Positions 63,342 through 64,000 of a stretch of DNA of 64,000 nucleotides are shown here, piece after piece. Position 1 is the first letter of the stretch. The number at the start of each line of letters is the position of its first letter. The notes beneath the pieces are model-generated. The model did not search any database, was not told the origin of the DNA, and was given only the letters and a program-made list of their open reading frames with translations. The stretch is taken from positions 1 through 64,000 of the IMG/VR virus record IMGVR_UViG_3300045988_100778. One strand, written 5' to 3'. The DNA is from a virus. The translations under genes and the position numbers were made by a program.

Positions 63342-64000
63342 TTAGTCTCCGAAAGTCAGTTTAGCGTAATAAGCTGTCGTATTTTCGTTATATGAAGGGA
63401 AGGAATAACTCATATCCCAAGAACCAAGATAATTAGGATTGACATTAAAGAATGGTTTGTATTTTGCACCAGAACTTCCAGAGGATATATATTTATTCCA
63501 GAAATTAGTAAATCCTACTGTACTATAAGGTATATTTACCCATTTTTTACCATTATACATAAATGTAAATAAATGAGTTGGATGAATACCTTCTATATAT
63601 TGGTCTAATGTCTTTCCTCCTTGTGCTCCTACTGTATCGTTACAGAGAACAATCATTTTATTTTCATTCTTATTAAACTGAATTTCAAGTACATAATAAT
63701 TTGCAAGTGTATTTCTTAAATCTGCTGTAGAGCTATCGTTAATGGAATAAGTAGCTATCTCATTCCAACCAATATTTACGCTAAAAAGTGAATTTGAACT
63801 TGTAACTGTATTAATACCTTTCCCTATTCCGTAATTCCCCCTTTTGCAATACATCAGTGTCTTCATATCTGTTGTTACCCAAGCATTCAAACCAAAATCA
63901 TCTGTAATTGCAGAAGGAATATTATTGTAAAAAAACCAAAAATTATTTCCTTGATTATCATCTATATAATTCCATGTAGGAGCACCTCTAAATATAAATA
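63342..64000 (-). CDS. fibre-tip paralogue (partial; 5' end beyond the window)
   Basis: The frame stays open to nt 64000 (hand translation ...FIFRGAPTWNYIDDNQGNNFWFFYNNIPSAITDDFGLNAW...). It ends ...AYYAKLTFGD* and is homologous to the last ~220 aa of the giant fibre. Confidence 0.7.
   Translation of the reverse strand, partial: FIFRGAPTWNYIDDNQGNNFWFFYNNIPSAITDDFGLNAWVTTDMKTLMYCKRGNYGIGKGINTVTSSNSLFSVNIGWNEIATYSINDSSTADLRNTLANYYVLEIQFNKNENKMIVLCNDTVGAQGGKTLDQYIEGIHPTHLFTFMYNGKKWVNIPYSTVGFTNFWNKYISSGSSGAKYKPFFNVNPNYLGSWDMSYSFPSYNENTTAYYAKLTFGD

Noticed and set aside
61760-64000. A diversity-generating retroelement as the explanation for the fibre-tip duplication.
   Set aside because: No reverse transcriptase is in the window. 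The two copies are inverted whole-domain paralogues with amino-acid-level divergence throughout, not a short direct TR/VR pair differing at adenines.
1-64000. Search for tRNA, rRNA, CRISPR arrays, integrase/attP and reverse transcriptase.
   Set aside because: No T-loop-like GGTTCGAAT motifs were seen in intergenic gaps. There are no regularly spaced direct repeats, and no tyrosine-recombinase or RT motifs. This was a by-eye scan only; tRNAscan-SE and profile HMM searches would be decisive.

Overview
The window is an almost unidirectional (+ strand) stretch of an AT-rich tailed dsDNA phage with a contractile tail (sheath plus tube). The host is probably a Bacteroidota bacterium; this is an inference from TTG/TAnnTTTG promoter boxes, A-rich AAAGATTATG start contexts and BACON-like repeats.

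Layout:
- 0-15.4 kb: many small early or accessory genes in short transcription units. Five units are headed by a conserved ~95-bp promoter cassette, four of them preceded by a hairpin terminator. This part also holds an M15 endolysin, a holin, a lone minus-strand HExxH membrane protein and a 660-bp structured non-coding switch region (11.7-12.35 kb).
- 15.9-35.8 kb: head, neck and tail module. In order: BACON-like repeat protein, portal, zeta-toxin-like kinase, MuF, two Hint-like ORFs, Nudix multidomain protein, prohead protease, scaffold, major capsid protein, connectors, sheath and tube. A degenerate IS607-type serine recombinase gene is embedded among the neck genes.
- 35.8-44.4 kb: a non-structural island splits the tail module. 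It carries DUF3560, a tnpB cassette inserted into the 5' end of an HNH/NinG-like gene, a methyltransferase-like gene, a DEDDh exonuclease, and a large terminase with a 144-aa mini-intein in its P-loop.
- 44.4-63.3 kb: chaperone-like genes, tape measure, baseplate and a 3,426-aa baseplate-J/fibre fusion made of tandem beta-sandwich domains.
- 63.3-64.0 kb: a paralogous fibre-tip ORF in inverted orientation that runs off the window edge.

No rRNA, tRNA, CRISPR array, integrase or reverse transcriptase was seen. All functional calls come from motif recognition by eye; no searches were run.
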